From: the human T2T-CHM13v2.0 reference genome, Homo sapiens
Length of the DNA stretch: 64,000 bases
Reading direction: 5' to 3' (one strand)
Assembly: GCF_009914755.1 (NCBI RefSeq)
Contig: NC_060944.1
Below are positions 45,892 through 60,403 of this stretch, piece after piece. The stretch's first letter is position 1; the number at the start of each line of letters is the position of its first letter. The notes under the pieces were generated by a model. The model was not told where the DNA came from and did no database searches. It worked only from the letters and a program-made list of their open reading frames with translations. Made by a program: the position numbers and the translations under genes.

Positions 45892-48514
45892 GAATGAGTA
45901 TTATGATCAGGAAAACACTCAAAATTGGGCTGAATTAATTTAGTGGTTATATTGATTAAAGACAGCCGAACAAGCTGCCTTACACTTATTTTGAGGGTGG
46001 GTCTACATACAAACCTGTTTTCTTTCCTTTCTGCCTTTTATAGGGATTCAGATATGACTGTGTCACCATCCATGCCTGCATGGAGCTTCCAGTCTAGTTT
46101 CAGTATTAAATGGGGGTAGATGAGGGCTTGTACTGGCCTCCTAGGTGACACGAGCCCAAACTCAGGAGAAATAGCCACACTGGGCTCAGACCTGTTTCTG
46201 CAGAATTCCTGGAGAGGGAATGTGTTTGAGAAAAAGGCACTGCTTCCTTTCCAGGAATGGGAGTTTACACAACTGTTATTTGTCATATTACACTCCAGAA
46301 AACCTGCTTTGAACTTAAAGAGCCCCTCCCATTGCCTCAATGTCAATAGTTGCTCCCCATCATCCACTTCAGTCACTTCAGCTCTTCATCTTGGTTTATA
46401 GTGTTCATAGAATTGTAGCGTGAACTCACCTCTCTCTCAGTTATTTTCAGAACTAAATCAACCCTTCATCCTTCCTGAGCAATCATACTTTCAGAGTGAT
46501 CTTGTTTTTTTCTGGTTGCTTATTAATGATGGTCTGATTAAATCTCAACTAATGAATTCTTTGGAGGCCTCCATTTGGATTCTGTGCATTCATTTCTCCA
46601 CATTTTTTCTTTGTCCTTCTACAAAGAAAAATGACTGCTTATGGAGCCCCTCCCCCTCAGAGCTAAGTGATGGCCCTGCTTTTTCCTGGTATGTGATCTC
46701 TCAGGAAGATGTCACTCACTGGCATTCAGTTACCCTTTGAATTGCCCCTTTTCATCTGGCTGTTCTTCCCAGTCCAGCTATAATTACCATCTGATGGACT
46801 GTTACTGGATACTGTTTCACTTGTGCATCTGCTGCCCTAGGAAATTGCATTATTCTCCCAGCACCTGCTAGATTTTCCCCAGCTTTATTGTTTCCCAGCC
46901 CCTTCCTTAAACTTGGTAACTTTCACCGCCAGTGGTTAGACTTCCCTTGGTTATATTTGTGGTCGGGGTATGTGGTGTGTTTTTAGCTCTTTGGCCATCA
47001 CCTTGGTAGAGGTTTCTAAAAAGGCAGACCTGTATTTTTTCAGCATCATATATGCTCTAATCATTATTAATGTGACGATGGGAGGCATATTTTCTTGAAA
47101 TGAAATTAACCCACTTTAAATCATCGCCATGAGTCCAGTTTGCTGCTTCAAGCCACTTCCCAGCCAGTTCCTATGTGTTTACACTATCTATGAGAAGTGC
47201 ATTTCCTTCTACTTATAGTGAACTCTTTTCTCTCAGATTCTTGGGATCATTTACATAAGTTCCTTTATGGGCTTTCTTCTTTCTACAATACAAGTTCTGT
47301 GGCCATTTCTTTCCAATTCTCTGAACATTGTCTAGTTTAATATAATATGTTATATATTATATAAGTGTCTATTATATGAATAGTATATAAATATTCACCA
47401 GAAGGACTTATAAACCAGTGTTTATTCTCATTACTGTCCTAATTTTTCGCTCTTAGAAAGGTTACAAGGTAATAAAAACAACTACTGTTGCATTACTGTT
47501 ACTTCCTGAGCTCTTGCTTAAAGAATTCCCATGGAGTTTCTCATCTAGTCCTCTCATCAGCACATGTAAACAGTTACTGCAATTACCATCCTCAGTGTAC
47601 CTAAAGCAAACAGGCTTGCCAGGAGAGCAGGTAGATAACTTGTCCAAAGGCAAATTAATTGACAGAGTTTCAAACCCAGGCAGTTGGTTGCCAAAACTCC
47701 TGTCTTTAACTACTACAGATATACTTTCCTACCTAAAGGCTGAAGTACTAATATGACTCATGATAGGAAAACCAAACTACAGAAAAGGAATATGGCTTGA
47801 TACAGATCTTGTTGAACCTCACAAGTCCTTGGCACCAGGTACTTAACAAAAAGGTGACCCACAGACGATTGCATTTCTCCCAGTGCAGTTTGAATTTTCC
47901 TCTTGGCTGAATCATCCACTCTTGGGTTTGATCTGGTACCAGCCTGACCCTGTCTGACCTGGGCTAGGAAGGAACAGACATGGGTCCAGGTTGGTGTGCT
48001 GGCAGGTTTTGGACACCTGCTGATTCAGGCTGTCTGCAGTTAGCTCTCTGCTGTATGGGTTTGTTGTTGCAAACCTTTGTAATTTTTGTTGTTACAAAAA
48101 ACCTTTGTTGTTACAAAATTATGGTGGCAGCTGCTGGGAAAGGAAGAAAAAAATTATGATCCCATATGGAGGCTACATTATACATTTCCCAAGATTCAGT
48201 TCCATGTTGGATGTGGTTTCAGAACCCAAGTAAGTGCCCATCAGATGAGTAACTACAGGTTTATTTTTTGGGGTGGGGGTTGGGTGGAGGGAAGAGACAG
48301 GATGTGAATTACTGGCATGATCAACAAGCTGTGGAAATTGTTGAGTAACTGGGCAGTGGTCAGGTGGCAAGATGAGGCTGTAAGGATATGATAGAGAAGA
48401 AACTGGGAAGAGTAACTTCTTAACATCTTAGTGTTGTCAGGAATCGATGCTACATCTTATCCTCATTTTCTAGGACAGATATTTATAGGACAGTCTCTCT
48501 CTTCCCACAGCCAT

Positions 48515-49172
48515 GTCTTTAACAGCTTCACATTGAGATATAAATCATACATATACACCATACAATTCACCCACTTAAACCATACAATTCAAAGGTTTTT
48601 AGTATATTCTCAGAGTTGAACAACCATCACCACTATCTAATTTTAGAACATTTTCATCACCTGCAAAAGGAACCTGTACCCATTGGCAGTCACTTCCTCT
48701 CTTTCCCAGCCCTCTGCTCTCAGCCCTAGACAACCAGTAGTCTACTTAATCTCTCTATGAACTTACCTACTCTGGACATTTCATACAAGTTGCAACATAT
48801 ACTATGCGGTATTTTGTAATTGGCTTCTTAGCATGTTTCATCCACGTTGTAGCGTGTGTATCTGTACTTTATCTCTTTTTTATTGTTGACTATCCTATTG
48901 TGTGGATAATACTATATTTTATTTTTTCATGCATGAGTTGATGACATTTGAGTTATTTCCACTATTTGGCTATGATGGAAATGTTGCTATGAAAATTTGC
49001 ACACAGGTTTTTGGGTATATATATATACCATATATATATATATGTTTTCATTTGGGGGGCGGTGTCTATACCTACAAGTGGGACTGCTGGGTCACATGGT
49101 AACTCTATGTTTAATATTTTGAGGAACTGCCAAACTATTTTCCAAAGTGACTGCATTATTTTGCATTCTTTC
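48515..49172 (-). mobile_element. L1MB 3' end
   Basis: caaccatcaccactatctaattttagaacattttcatcacc; ggaactgccaaactattttccaaagtg. Confidence 0.85.
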
Positions 49173-52100
49173 ATTCTTAGATCAGATTCGGCATTCTGGC
49201 TAATAATTGATGAAGTGCTGGTCAAATCAAGGCCATTGAAGGGCAATGTCTCAACTGTTCTTTCAGTTTCAGAAGTAGAGTTTCCACCACTCCAAGAGAG
49301 CTTCATACACACATTTGAGACTACACTGGTAATACTGTTTCAGTTCTTTTGAAAGCAGAGATTTTTCTAAAATAAAACCTCTGTTAGCTTTCCTGCTTCA
49401 CCCTCTCTAACTCAGCAGCCTCTTGTGGTCCTGTGTGGACATCTAAGAGAGCTCAGGTAGCAAACAAGATGCCCATCCAAATGCAGGAGGAAAATGGGGG
49501 ACTTTCTGTTTTTTTAAAGCCACCAGCAGGTTCTTTGTTTGACCCACCTTTAGTAATATTATTGCTGTTAAAAAGAGCTGCCACTGCTTCCAACAGAAAA
49601 GAAAAAATTCTAAGGATTTCCTGGATGCTGATCGGGTTCTTGCCACAACCCAGTAGGGGGAAAAAAAATGCATTCTCCTCCCTGCAGAGCCAGGGTAATG
49701 AATGCCACAGAGGTCCAGAAGTGCCTCCGGACGCATCAGCTGCCTGCTGCAGAGCTCTGGAAGCCTGCAGCCTAGCAAGGCTCCGGGTGGAGCTGAGCTC
49801 CCAGGCAGAAACTGGCCGTGGCAGCTAAGTGGCTTCTTCAGAATCTGCCTTTAGGGAAGAAAGGAATGGCAGCTCCAACGTGAGGCTTTGCTTTGTGTAT
49901 TTTAAAGTAGCTGGGGATATAAAATGACAAAGAGGACAATTAGAGCTGCAGATACTGACTAGAGAAGTGACATCTTTTCCCCTTGATTAAAAATAAATAT
50001 GCTATTACAAAAGCAATCTATGTTTTTGGTAGAAATTTTAGGAAAAAACAATAGAGAAAATCAGTAAAACCTTCACTCCTCCTATCTTTTGATTACCTTT
50101 GTTAATATTCTGGGGTTTCAACTTCTGGATTATTTTCTGTGAAAAAGACTGCATATATGCTATTAGATATGGGGTTATAGTGTTTGAAACATGCCTCTTC
50201 ACTTAATATGTTATGACTGTATTTACTTGTTACTAAGTATTGTAAAGTGTGATTTTCGTGGCCACACAGTTTTCTGTTAAGCTGCAAGCCCCGCTGCTCA
50301 GTGAGTCCTTTCCTCCTGCCCGGCCCTGCATTACATCCTGTCCCGGATGATCTCCTTTCATTCTCACAGATGTTTCAGAGTCATCGTCTCCATTTTGCAG
50401 TGGGGAAAACTGAGGTTAGTAGAGGTTTGGTAATGCAAATGAGCGTTAAGCCAGTAGGACTTGTGTGAAGTCATAAAGCCACTTGAGTTCTGTATCTCAT
50501 CGTCCTGTAAATATGTTCTATGTGGCTGAGTTTTCTCCTGCACCCAGATGGAAAGTGAGCAAGTTCTGGGACCTTCTGGTCAATTCTAGGTCATTAAAGC
50601 TGTATGGGTCACTTCCAATCACAATATATGATCTTAATTCCATAAAATGTCCAATTTCATTTTATGTAATAATCAAAATTCAATTTTCCTCCAAGGGTTA
50701 GACTCCCCTGACCCGCTGCTGAAGCCTGCAGCACATAGGAAGCCTGTGGCTGGAGAAGGCAGGATGGGGAGGGCCTCTTGTCTCTTCCTAACTCTCGTGC
50801 CCCTTCCACTTAGCATCTATATAGCTTTTCAGTATTTAGTGTTTTCTCTTTCTTTAGCCTATTAGTGTCTTCTTATTATTGAGTTGAATTTCTAGTCTTT
50901 CTGAAATTGGGGTCAGGGCAGGGAGGAACAGTTGGAGGAGGAGGCAACTCCATGATGCAGGAGATGCCATCCTCTAGCTTTGACACTGAGTCTCATTTGC
51001 CCCTGGAGGTGCCCCATAGGAAGGACCTGCGAGAAGAGCTCTTGCCTCTGTGGGTCAGCAGGTTCTGCCCGTGCAGGCCACCTGCCCTTCAGCTCACCCA
51101 GCACATCCATCCGCTGTGTCTAGGGGACTCACATGAAGCTCTTGGAGGGCTCCCAAACCCTTTCTGTGACTTAAAGCAAAGGACAAGGCACCCCCTCCAT
51201 CTGTCCTCTTTGGGGTGGGGGGGCATGGGACTCACAGCACGTCAACAGTTCTCCTGGAAGAAATCTTCAAAAAAGCCCCTTCTGCATGTACTCATCTAAC
51301 CCTTTCATGTCTTCATTATAAGTTAGGAGTTAAAAGGCATTTAATCGGTGCTTGCCACTGACTTTGGCATTTTTATAAGGGGGCTCCTTTGGAATGTAGC
51401 ATCTATTTTCTTCATGCCGAGGCCACACAGCTGCTAAGTCACGGTTTGGGGACTAAACAGTGTGATGTCAGAGCCCACGATTCACCATTGCTGTGTGTAG
51501 GCCAGTTCCCTCATGTTGGTTAAGTTTTTATCCCAATTTTTATCACGATGAACAGTGCTACCATATCTGCCCTTATTATTTTTCAGCACATTTGTTTTGA
51601 TTTCCTTTGAACAAATTCCTGGAAATGGTATTGCTCAGTCAAAGGTAAAGTTACTATCTCTTTAATCAAAAAGCATAAAGTTTTAGAATTTGAAAATGAA
51701 AACTTGTGATTCCTGAATTGAAAAAGATGATTTCTCTTGGCAATATGTTGCTTTATCTAAGCAACATACAGAGTACAGAGATATACAACAAACCCTCTTT
51801 TTTATGTCAGATACAGATTTTTAAGACAAGTAACCAGGTGTGCAAAAGGATACATCTTTTATTTTCCTATTTTTTTCTAATTGAGCTGAGTCTCTGCTTT
51901 GAGCCTTTATTCCACCTGATGGGAGTAAAAGTAACCTCCATCAATTCTGGGTAAATTTAATCATTTAATGTTTACATTGAGTCCATTTGGGAGATTTCTT
52001 CTTTCATGTTTTTAGGCAGGTAGGAAAGACATCCAAGTTCTCAGGAGCTCATGGACATGGAATGTCATGGCATCGTGGCAGGCGGGGAGGAGGCTGGGAG

Positions 52101-53119
52101 GGGAGGTACCTGCTGCTTGGGTAGTGCCTGTCCTCACAGGAATCCTGAGTTCAGAACATCAGCTTTTGTCCTCAGGCAAAGTCACCCCTTGTCCTGGCAT
52201 CCAGGCCCCCGCAGCCCTCACTGCTTGCTGCAGAAGAATCCCATCCTCACAGCCTTGAGGCCAGTCTGAGTGTGGCCTTGTGTTCCCTGGAGCTACGTGC
52301 TCTCTTCCTCTCCGCTTTCCTTGCTTTGGGCTTTCAGAAGCTCATTGCTGCCTCATTTCCTTCCTCATCCAGGAAGTTCCCTCAGCCATCTCCACTGGAC
52401 TCTTCCCAGGACAAGGTGGTAGTAGAGTCTCCCTTGTGAGGCAGTCTCCTTCCTGTATTCTCCAAAATCTTTGTAGGGATCCTGCCCCCTTCCTTCCACT
52501 TTCCTGGCCTTAGCCAGAGGAAGGAGAGGGCTGCGCTGCACTGATTTCTCCTTCTTCCCCTCTGGCTTTCCTCCTCCTGGTCCTCAGACAGTGGGCTCGC
52601 TGTCCCCATGTGTTCTTCTGCATCTGTCATTGGAAGCATCAACTTTGACTTTTGATGCATAACAGTCAGGCTTTTCAGACTCAAAAAACCTTCTTGCAAC
52701 CCGTTATCTGCCTGGAAACAAAACAGCACAGAATTGACGCATTTGTTCTCTGGGGCTGGGTCTGCCCAAAGGCCTGGTGTCCCCTGGCTGTTGCCTGCAG
52801 CATCAGGAGGGGTCATGAGTCAGCAGGGATTGGCAGAAATGAAACACATCTGCTAGTACAAAAACAACACCCCACTAGGATGACAGCAGCGACAGACACA
52901 TGAAACACAGACCACGAATGCCCCTCTGGGGCTGGCCGACTCCCTCTGGCTCATGGAAGAATTATAAAAATGTGATTCCATTCATTATGAAGTGATTGGA
53001 GGTCAGTAGATGCATATAGAATAAAGTACAGTGTCATAAGCCTAACTTTCAGGCCTTTTTATTAAAACTTTCACTTGTTACATCCCGTTAATAAATTCTA
53101 GTTTTACAAATGGGATATG

Positions 53120-53258
53120 GGCCAGGCACAGTGGCTCATACCTGTCATCCCACACTTTGGGAGGCTGAAATAGGAGGATCACTTGAAGCCAGGAGTTTGA
53201 GACCAGCCTAGTAACACAGTGAGACCCCTACCTCTACAAAAAATAAACTATTTAAAAA
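53120..53258 (+). mobile_element. FLAM / Alu left monomer
   Basis: ggccaggcacagtggctcatacctgt...ctctacaaaaaataaa. Confidence 0.85.
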
Positions 53259-55084
53259 ATGGGTTTTGCCTTCCTGGAAGATGTGAAAGATCAGGAAAAA
53301 CAACCGAGAACCTAGAGAGGTTTTACATTCAAATTAAACTGAGATGGATTAAAAGCCTTCCACAGTTTAGTAATTTTCCTAAAGCAATTTGAGTTTGGTT
53401 ATCTTTATTTGCACACTCATCAAATCCAGAGGGAAAATGGCATTTGAGTTCATCAGAGGCAGAGGATTAAATGGGCCTTGGAAAGTGCAGTACCTGGTTA
53501 GCCGGGGGCGCGGTCCTCCCAAAGGGCTGCCCCACGTGGCCTTGGTCGAGTGGGCAGGGACTGCCTTTCACCTCTGTGTTCCATTAGAGAAGCAGCTTGA
53601 AGCCCACAGTCCTCAGTTCTCAATCTGCTCTCATTCTCCAGGGTTGAGCCACTTTAAGTATCAAAACTTTTAGTCTGAATGTTGCCTCAAGACCATTAAG
53701 CTTAGTCAAGATGACTGATGTCATGATCTCCATAGTAACCAACTTAATAAGCAAGAAGAAAATACAAAAGATGACTTAAAAACAGGGGAAAAAAACAGAA
53801 TAAATAAGGTATGAAAATAGCATGGGAGCCATAAAGATTTTTTTTACTGCCACTTTGAGATATCAAACATGACTCAGCTACAGTGCAGGCAGGCATGAGC
53901 CATTTGGTCCGTCGAAACCCATGGCAATAAACATAAATTACAGACTGTGCCACATTCCTACTTCTTGTGCTGTTCAATTGTGTCCCAGGTTTTGTTTGTT
54001 TTATTTTTTCATATAATTCAGTGCATTGAAATTATCACCATGGTAGTCACTGTAATTGTGGTTTTTATGGTAGTTTATGTATTTAACCAAAAAGAGCTGT
54101 GCTTCCAGGGAACAGGTCTCAGGCAGCACTTTCCAGTCACCTTAGCAGAGCTCCTCTCTCATGCAAACCACCCCTCCCACCGCCCTTCACGGATCTGTGG
54201 GGACAGCACTTTTCATGAAACTGGAGTTGACGGTTGATTTAAAAAATGGATTTGAGTATTATCTGTCACAAATCACAGTTGAGCAGGTCCCAAAGATGGG
54301 CTGACAATGTCCCATAGAATTATATATCACAAGTCTTTTGATTTGTTTGCAGACAACATCGATCCCCACACACTGGGTCTTTGGTCACCGTGTGTTGGTA
54401 GGACCGAGGCTGGCAGGCCCCTTTCAGACCACGTGACTTCTAACAGCTCAGTACTTCCACCACCCCATTCAAGAGCGGAAGGCGGCCATAGTTCACAGAG
54501 CCCAAATTCCAAAACGATCTCCAGGCCCCTGAGGACTCAGATGCTTCTCATGACTCTGTCTCTCTGTCCCTCTCTCCCTCCAGCCATCTCTCTCACACAC
54601 ACACCAGGCATACGTAAATACATACACACAGAGTACACACAATCCTCATCCAAGTTTGGCCCCGGGGAAGTGCTTAAACTTCCAATTCCAAGCACGTCTA
54701 CATGTCGTCACTTCCTGGTGCGGTGGGAGACAACAGCCTGATTCTGGAGTTCTGTGACCCACCCCTGCCTCACCAAGAGCCAGGTGTGCACCAGAAGCCA
54801 GGTGGGTTTGTCTCTCCCTGAGCCTGTTTCTCTACCCCCACCAAACCATGTTTCTAGGTGTCCTGCTTTTTGTCCATGAGCCCGATAAACACCATGGCTT
54901 TTGTACCTGCTTTTCAACTGAGAGAGGAACCCCTGCTATCCTCCACCCCCACCTGCCACTGAGAAGTCCCCTTGTTGGTCACTCCCTGCTCCTGCCTGGA
55001 TAGGCTTTTCTGTTGAAACCGCAAGCACAGGGCCTGTTCTGCTTCGCTGGTTAGGAGGCTTGGTGGTGGAGAGTTAATTGATGT

Positions 55085-55345
55085 CATTCATTCAGTCAGT
55101 ATTGTTGTGTACTGATCATGTGGTGGGCCCAGCTCTGTGCTCTGTGGGGACAGCCATAAATAGGCACATCCCTGCCACATAGCACTTGTGTTCTAGTTGG
55201 AGCAGCAGACAGTACACAAACAGACCAGGAGGCACCGTGTCCGGTGGCAGCAAGTGCCATCAGGAGGAGAGCCCGGGAGGGGAGGGTGGGAACAGGGCAG
55301 GTACAACTCCTCTGATCAGGATCATTTAAGCAGAGCCCTGACTCC
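55085..55345 (-). mobile_element. L2 3' fragment
   Basis: cattcattcag...tccctgccacatagcacttgtgttctagttgg. Confidence 0.65.
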
Positions 55346-58300
55346 ATAGAACACAGAGGTGGCATGTGGGCCACAAGGAAGCAGCTAATGCCACTTCTTC
55401 CCTCAGACCCTCCAGAAGGCTCTGCTGCCTGTGAGCCCCTCCTCTGAAAGACACGCCTCCACACACACTCAGCCCGTGCAGCTTTGGTGCTTTTGACTTA
55501 GTTTCATAATTATTTTGAAAGAATTTCATGCAAGAAGCCCATCAGATGCAATTAAAACATGTCAAATATGTTCTCAAGGCAAACCCTCCCATTTTTAACC
55601 TTGTCCAGCTTGTGAAAGTATAACCAGTGCTACATGTGATTGTAACTCCCCTTGAAACCACCGTTGCTATTTCTCAAAACGGGAGGGGAAAAGCAAGCCA
55701 GTGGGCTCAGAACATGAATTTAGAATTTCAGGAATCCAAATTTTGGAAAAGGTGAAATATTTTACCTCCATGGCAGTTGGCCTCCCAGGAATTCCCAGGG
55801 AGGACACTGTATCTGTTTAAGAAAAAAAAAAAAATGACAAAGTAACCCATTTTGAAGGCTCTACTCAACAGATGTGTAGAGTATAGAAATCTATGTATTA
55901 TTAAATAATTCTTTTTAATATGCTCAAGAATAAGCAATTTGTAAGCCTGTTTACGTTCTCACCATCTGGGTGCATTCTGTCACCCATCTGTTTCATGTAA
56001 TTATGTAATTATCAATATAAGGAAAGAATAGGTGATATAATTAACAAGAAAAACTGATCCACACTGAAGAGTAAAAATGACATGCATCTGTTGAATAGCT
56101 TTTTGTTTCTCTCCCCTTCGTTGTTAACTGTTTTTTCACACCCTTCAGGAGAGCTGTTTTCGCCATGGTGTGCAATCTCTCTCTCTCTCTCTCTCCACCC
56201 CCTCCCCGCCCCCTCATATGAAGGCAGAGTGTTTCATCAGGTATTATGGAAGCGACACAACTTTGAAAGAAATGAGCAAAGGCTTCTTGGAGTTATTCAT
56301 TGATTCTTTACCTCTGTGAGGGCCCTGATAGTCACTTCCAGAAGATGTAAGGTAGCAGCTAGAACCCTAGGAAATATTTGAATTAATTAGTGACAGATGG
56401 AAGGACAGGGCAGTGTGGGGCCCTCTCAGGATACTGGACAGAGAAGCTGTTTGAGAAAAATTCCCATACTCGGTGCTTTTGTTTTGATATCCAGGCTCAG
56501 GCAATCTGTGTTGTTCCATAACAGTACCACCATCCCAGTGGATTGTGTTCGTTTCCACATAATCCCACTTAAGTTAGTCGCTGGAGTAGCTCCTTTGTGT
56601 AACAGAGCTTTGTGTATGTGGGCACACAGATGGAATTCAGGCAACTTCCTCACCCTGCAAACAGAAATGGCAGGAGAATGGTCACCCCCTCCTCAGTCTG
56701 ACCAGGCCAGGCTCCAAAATTCTCCCTCCATGACTTGGAACGAGCAATACGTATGTATTCAGGGAGGGGCATCGCAGTGATCTCTTAGTTTCTGTGACCC
56801 CCCACCCCAAGCCCTTCTGTTGAGTCCTAAATTCAGTTCTCCAAAGATGAACACTGTCCACAGGGATTCTCCCCAACAATGGAGGAAGCCATCCCTGAAG
56901 ATGCATGGTCTTGACAAAACCTTGAATTTCAACCCCAAGTCACACAAAGAAGACTCACAGCCCCCTGGACCGCTGTAAACAGCAGTCACTATTAGAGATG
57001 AAGGCCTAAAATCTCAACACTTCTTTCCACTGATGGAAAATTTGGGAGCAGGGCTCCCCTCCTGGCCTCCTCAGTATTCTGCAGACATCCTGCCCTCTGT
57101 CCCAACAGGGATCTTGCCTGCAGAGCGCTGCACCTGCTTCCTGTTTAGGGCGCAGGGCAGGCAGAAGGAGAGTGGAGAGAGAGAAGCATCCACAGGGAGC
57201 AGACTCATAAAACTACAGGGGCTTTCTAAGCAATAGCTCTCACCAAGGAATTAAACCCCACTCAGACACTGACAGAGAAATCTCTTATTCAGTCACTTCT
57301 TAACTTTTTTTTCTTCAAACAGTGCCACTCACTTACTCTAGGGCTCACTCTGTTTCCTCTTGCTTGGTGATCATTTTGCATGTTGAGATTGTGTTGTTTT
57401 GGAGACGCGTGCTCATCTTGGCATCTCGTGACAGAGCCTCTTGATGGCACAGTCTCCGTCCAGGCTTGGCTTCTGGTTCACCTCCCACACGGGAAGCCTC
57501 ATGTCAAAGCAGCCACTGGCTTCTCTGCCTTCATTGTTCCATGTCCAGCAAGCAAATAAATAATTAGTTCCCACGCAGGTTTCTCTTTGTTTCTTTGAGT
57601 CAAAAATTATTCTTTGATAAGTCCTCCATAAAGCCTTCCTCTAATCCTCCACGAAACCTTCCTCTAATCTATCTGTATTTTGAATTGTTATTGCTAAGGA
57701 TTTTGTTCTTAAAACAACGGATACCCATAGAACAAGCATATTGGAGAAATCACTGGCATGCCATGGGGAGAGTATTTGGAAGGAATAAGTAGTAGGGACA
57801 AACATGGCTGGGATACTCAGGGGATTTTGTTGGTTTTGACTTTATGTTTCCTTAAATCCAAAGTTAAAATAGTTTAATTGCAATCATCACTGACTAATCC
57901 ATTAAGGATTTTAAAGAAAATAATACCACGTGACTCCTAAAGACCCTTTTGTTTGCCATTTCTAGTTTTGAAAGGTTTTAACCATGATTTCTTTTTCAAG
58001 AAACATTTCAATTGTATTTTTTAGTATTTAACCAAAGAACATAGAGTGATTCTTCCTCAAGAGGAAATTATTATAGAAGACCTATTTATATATATATATA
58101 TCATATTCAACTAAAAATAAAAATAAAAAAACTTCATATTCTGTACTGAACCACATTAAAAATCATTAAGGCTTAGACTATATGGTTTTCATTTAACCCT
58201 CAAAAGTGGCATTAATTTTTCAAGTGGTAACTGTTGCTTAAGATGCTATTGTGCCTGTTTGATAAATGTTTAATGATTTGGTAGTACATGCATGGCTTAA

Positions 58301-58379
58301 AATCCATTATTTATTGCACCTTTGCTTGCCTGGCAAAGGTGACGATTTTATAGCCCCAGCAGTCATGCAAACACATTTA

Positions 58380-58630
58380 TACCAAACCGATGACTGATAA
58401 TAAATTTCCTTACTGTAAATGTCAGTGGGTTTCATGTGTTGCTGCCATTACATCTTGTTTGGAAGCTGAATGCTACACAGTTATGGGAGGCGCCAGATGG
58501 TGTCATTAACACGAACACTGGGACTGTTTACTGCTGACGTGCGTGTGAGAAATTAAAAGTACGTGACCTATCTTTACACTGACGTGTGATGTCAGTGGTG
58601 AACGGGTGTTAATTACAGTGCAATATGCTT
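58380..58630. promoter_or_regulatory. Candidate intronic enhancer (motif cluster only)
   Basis: CAGATGG, TGTTTAC, 2x TGACGTG, TAATTA and retained CpGs in non-repeat DNA. Confidence 0.35.
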
Positions 58631-60403
58631 GCCTAGTCCCTTCCATCCCACTCAGAGGGGTTTTAGGGAATTTTTTGAAAATAGTTTGTGTTTGAATATA
58701 CACAGAGTGAGCAAAAGGGAGAATTTCCCGAGGACTCCTGTTTGGTTTTGTATTTGGAGTCTCAGACACCCTGCAAGTCACAGCTGTCATCACATAGGTG
58801 TCACTCTCATGAGCAGCAACCCACATCCCTGCCAGGACTTCTGGGCATGGGGAAGCCTTTTGTGCTGATTAATTACAGCAGTATTGTTATTGCTGTTTGC
58901 TTGGTTGGGGGTTTTATTTTTATTTTCGTAACTACTTCAGATATTTTGAATACTGTTTTGGAAAAGTTTCCATTGAGAGCATGGAATTAACATTTTTTTA
59001 AACTGCTGTCAAAATCATCAGGAATTGATTCAAAGAATGAGAAGAAAAACAGTGGAAATTTTCTATACCAATTTTTTTTTTTCATGGGATGGGATCTTCA
59101 TTTCCTAAGAATTAGCGGTAAAGACTTAGATCTTTATTTTCCCTGATCTGATGTGAAGTATCTGAGTGACTGAAATTAGCCTTGTGTGTTTTATTAAAAT
59201 GTTTCTCTAACTTGTGTTCAGCAGTGGCCACTCCCATTTATTGTATTTCAGCTTCCTTCCTGTTGACGTTTCTGCTTAGCTCTCTTTTCATTTCTATTTA
59301 AAAAGAAGGTGGATTTGTTTTATTCCTCCCTCCAAGTCCTTCACTTGAACCAAGAGGCTATTCCATTGAATCTGACCAAATTCCTTTGAACTTTGTAGCC
59401 TTAGCATACTCTGTAGGAATTTTCAGAAAGGCTTATTCTTTCAAAACAATCATTGTGCATTGCTTTTACAAAAGCCCAGCGAGCCTTTTGGTGTACAGAA
59501 TTTTCAAGTCATGTGAAAGAGAATACAAACCATTGTTTGCATTGAGATGAAAGAGATATGCTTAATTTCTTCAGACTAAGTCAGAGATACAATTGGATGT
59601 CAACAGAAATAGTGAGCCTAGCTGAAAGACTAAAATTGTGCATGGAGGCACACATTAGAAATTTAAAATAGAGTCGCGCATGTTAGCTTGCTCACAGGAC
59701 ACATGTGTGTTGAAAATATCCAGGAGTGAAAATAAATATGAAATAAATATCCAGGAGTGAAAATGGTGGCAAGATAGCAAGATTGAAAAGTTGTATCTGT
59801 GGAACAGCACTCACTTGGACCAAACTTCTCAGAAAAATGAGTTTTCTGCCACTGCTATCGTTGTTCTAGCAAATGAACCAGAGGCCTAAGCCAGCAGAGC
59901 AAATAGCCACTTAAGTTACTGGGCCTGAGCAAACAGCATATTCCCTGGGGGAACAGAAGTTCTCATCTTATTCTGTGTGCAGAGATTTACCAAATAATGT
60001 TGCCTGAAGGGAGGTCGTGGTGTGGACACAATTGGCCATCAGCTTTCCCTCCCAGCCTTTTGTCCCAACTCCTTCTCCTCCCTTTGTGTCTCCCTCTGTG
60101 TCTGCTTCTTGTATTGCCTCTGCATGACCATGCAGCCTTCTCCTTTCAAAGGTTGCTCTCAGAACATAATCTGCAAATCCATTCATGTAGACTGACCTAT
60201 GGGTCAGTGGGTGTGTCATCCTTCCAAATCCTTGCCCTGGCTTTTCCCTCTCATCCAGAAACTTGTTCCCTCTTGTTCACCTGGAAATATCCCATTGATT
60301 CTGCTAAATTTAGCTCCACTGTCACTTTCTCCAAGCTGCCTTATGTGACTTTTCCTGCTGTCCTAGAACAGTTAAACTTCAGCTGATTCCATGGCTTCCC
60401 AGC

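Noticed and set aside
55500-58000. Possible antisense lncRNA (minus-strand donor AGA|GTAAGT near 57331-57339)
   Set aside because: A single donor motif is insufficient; no exon chain can be supported from sequence alone.
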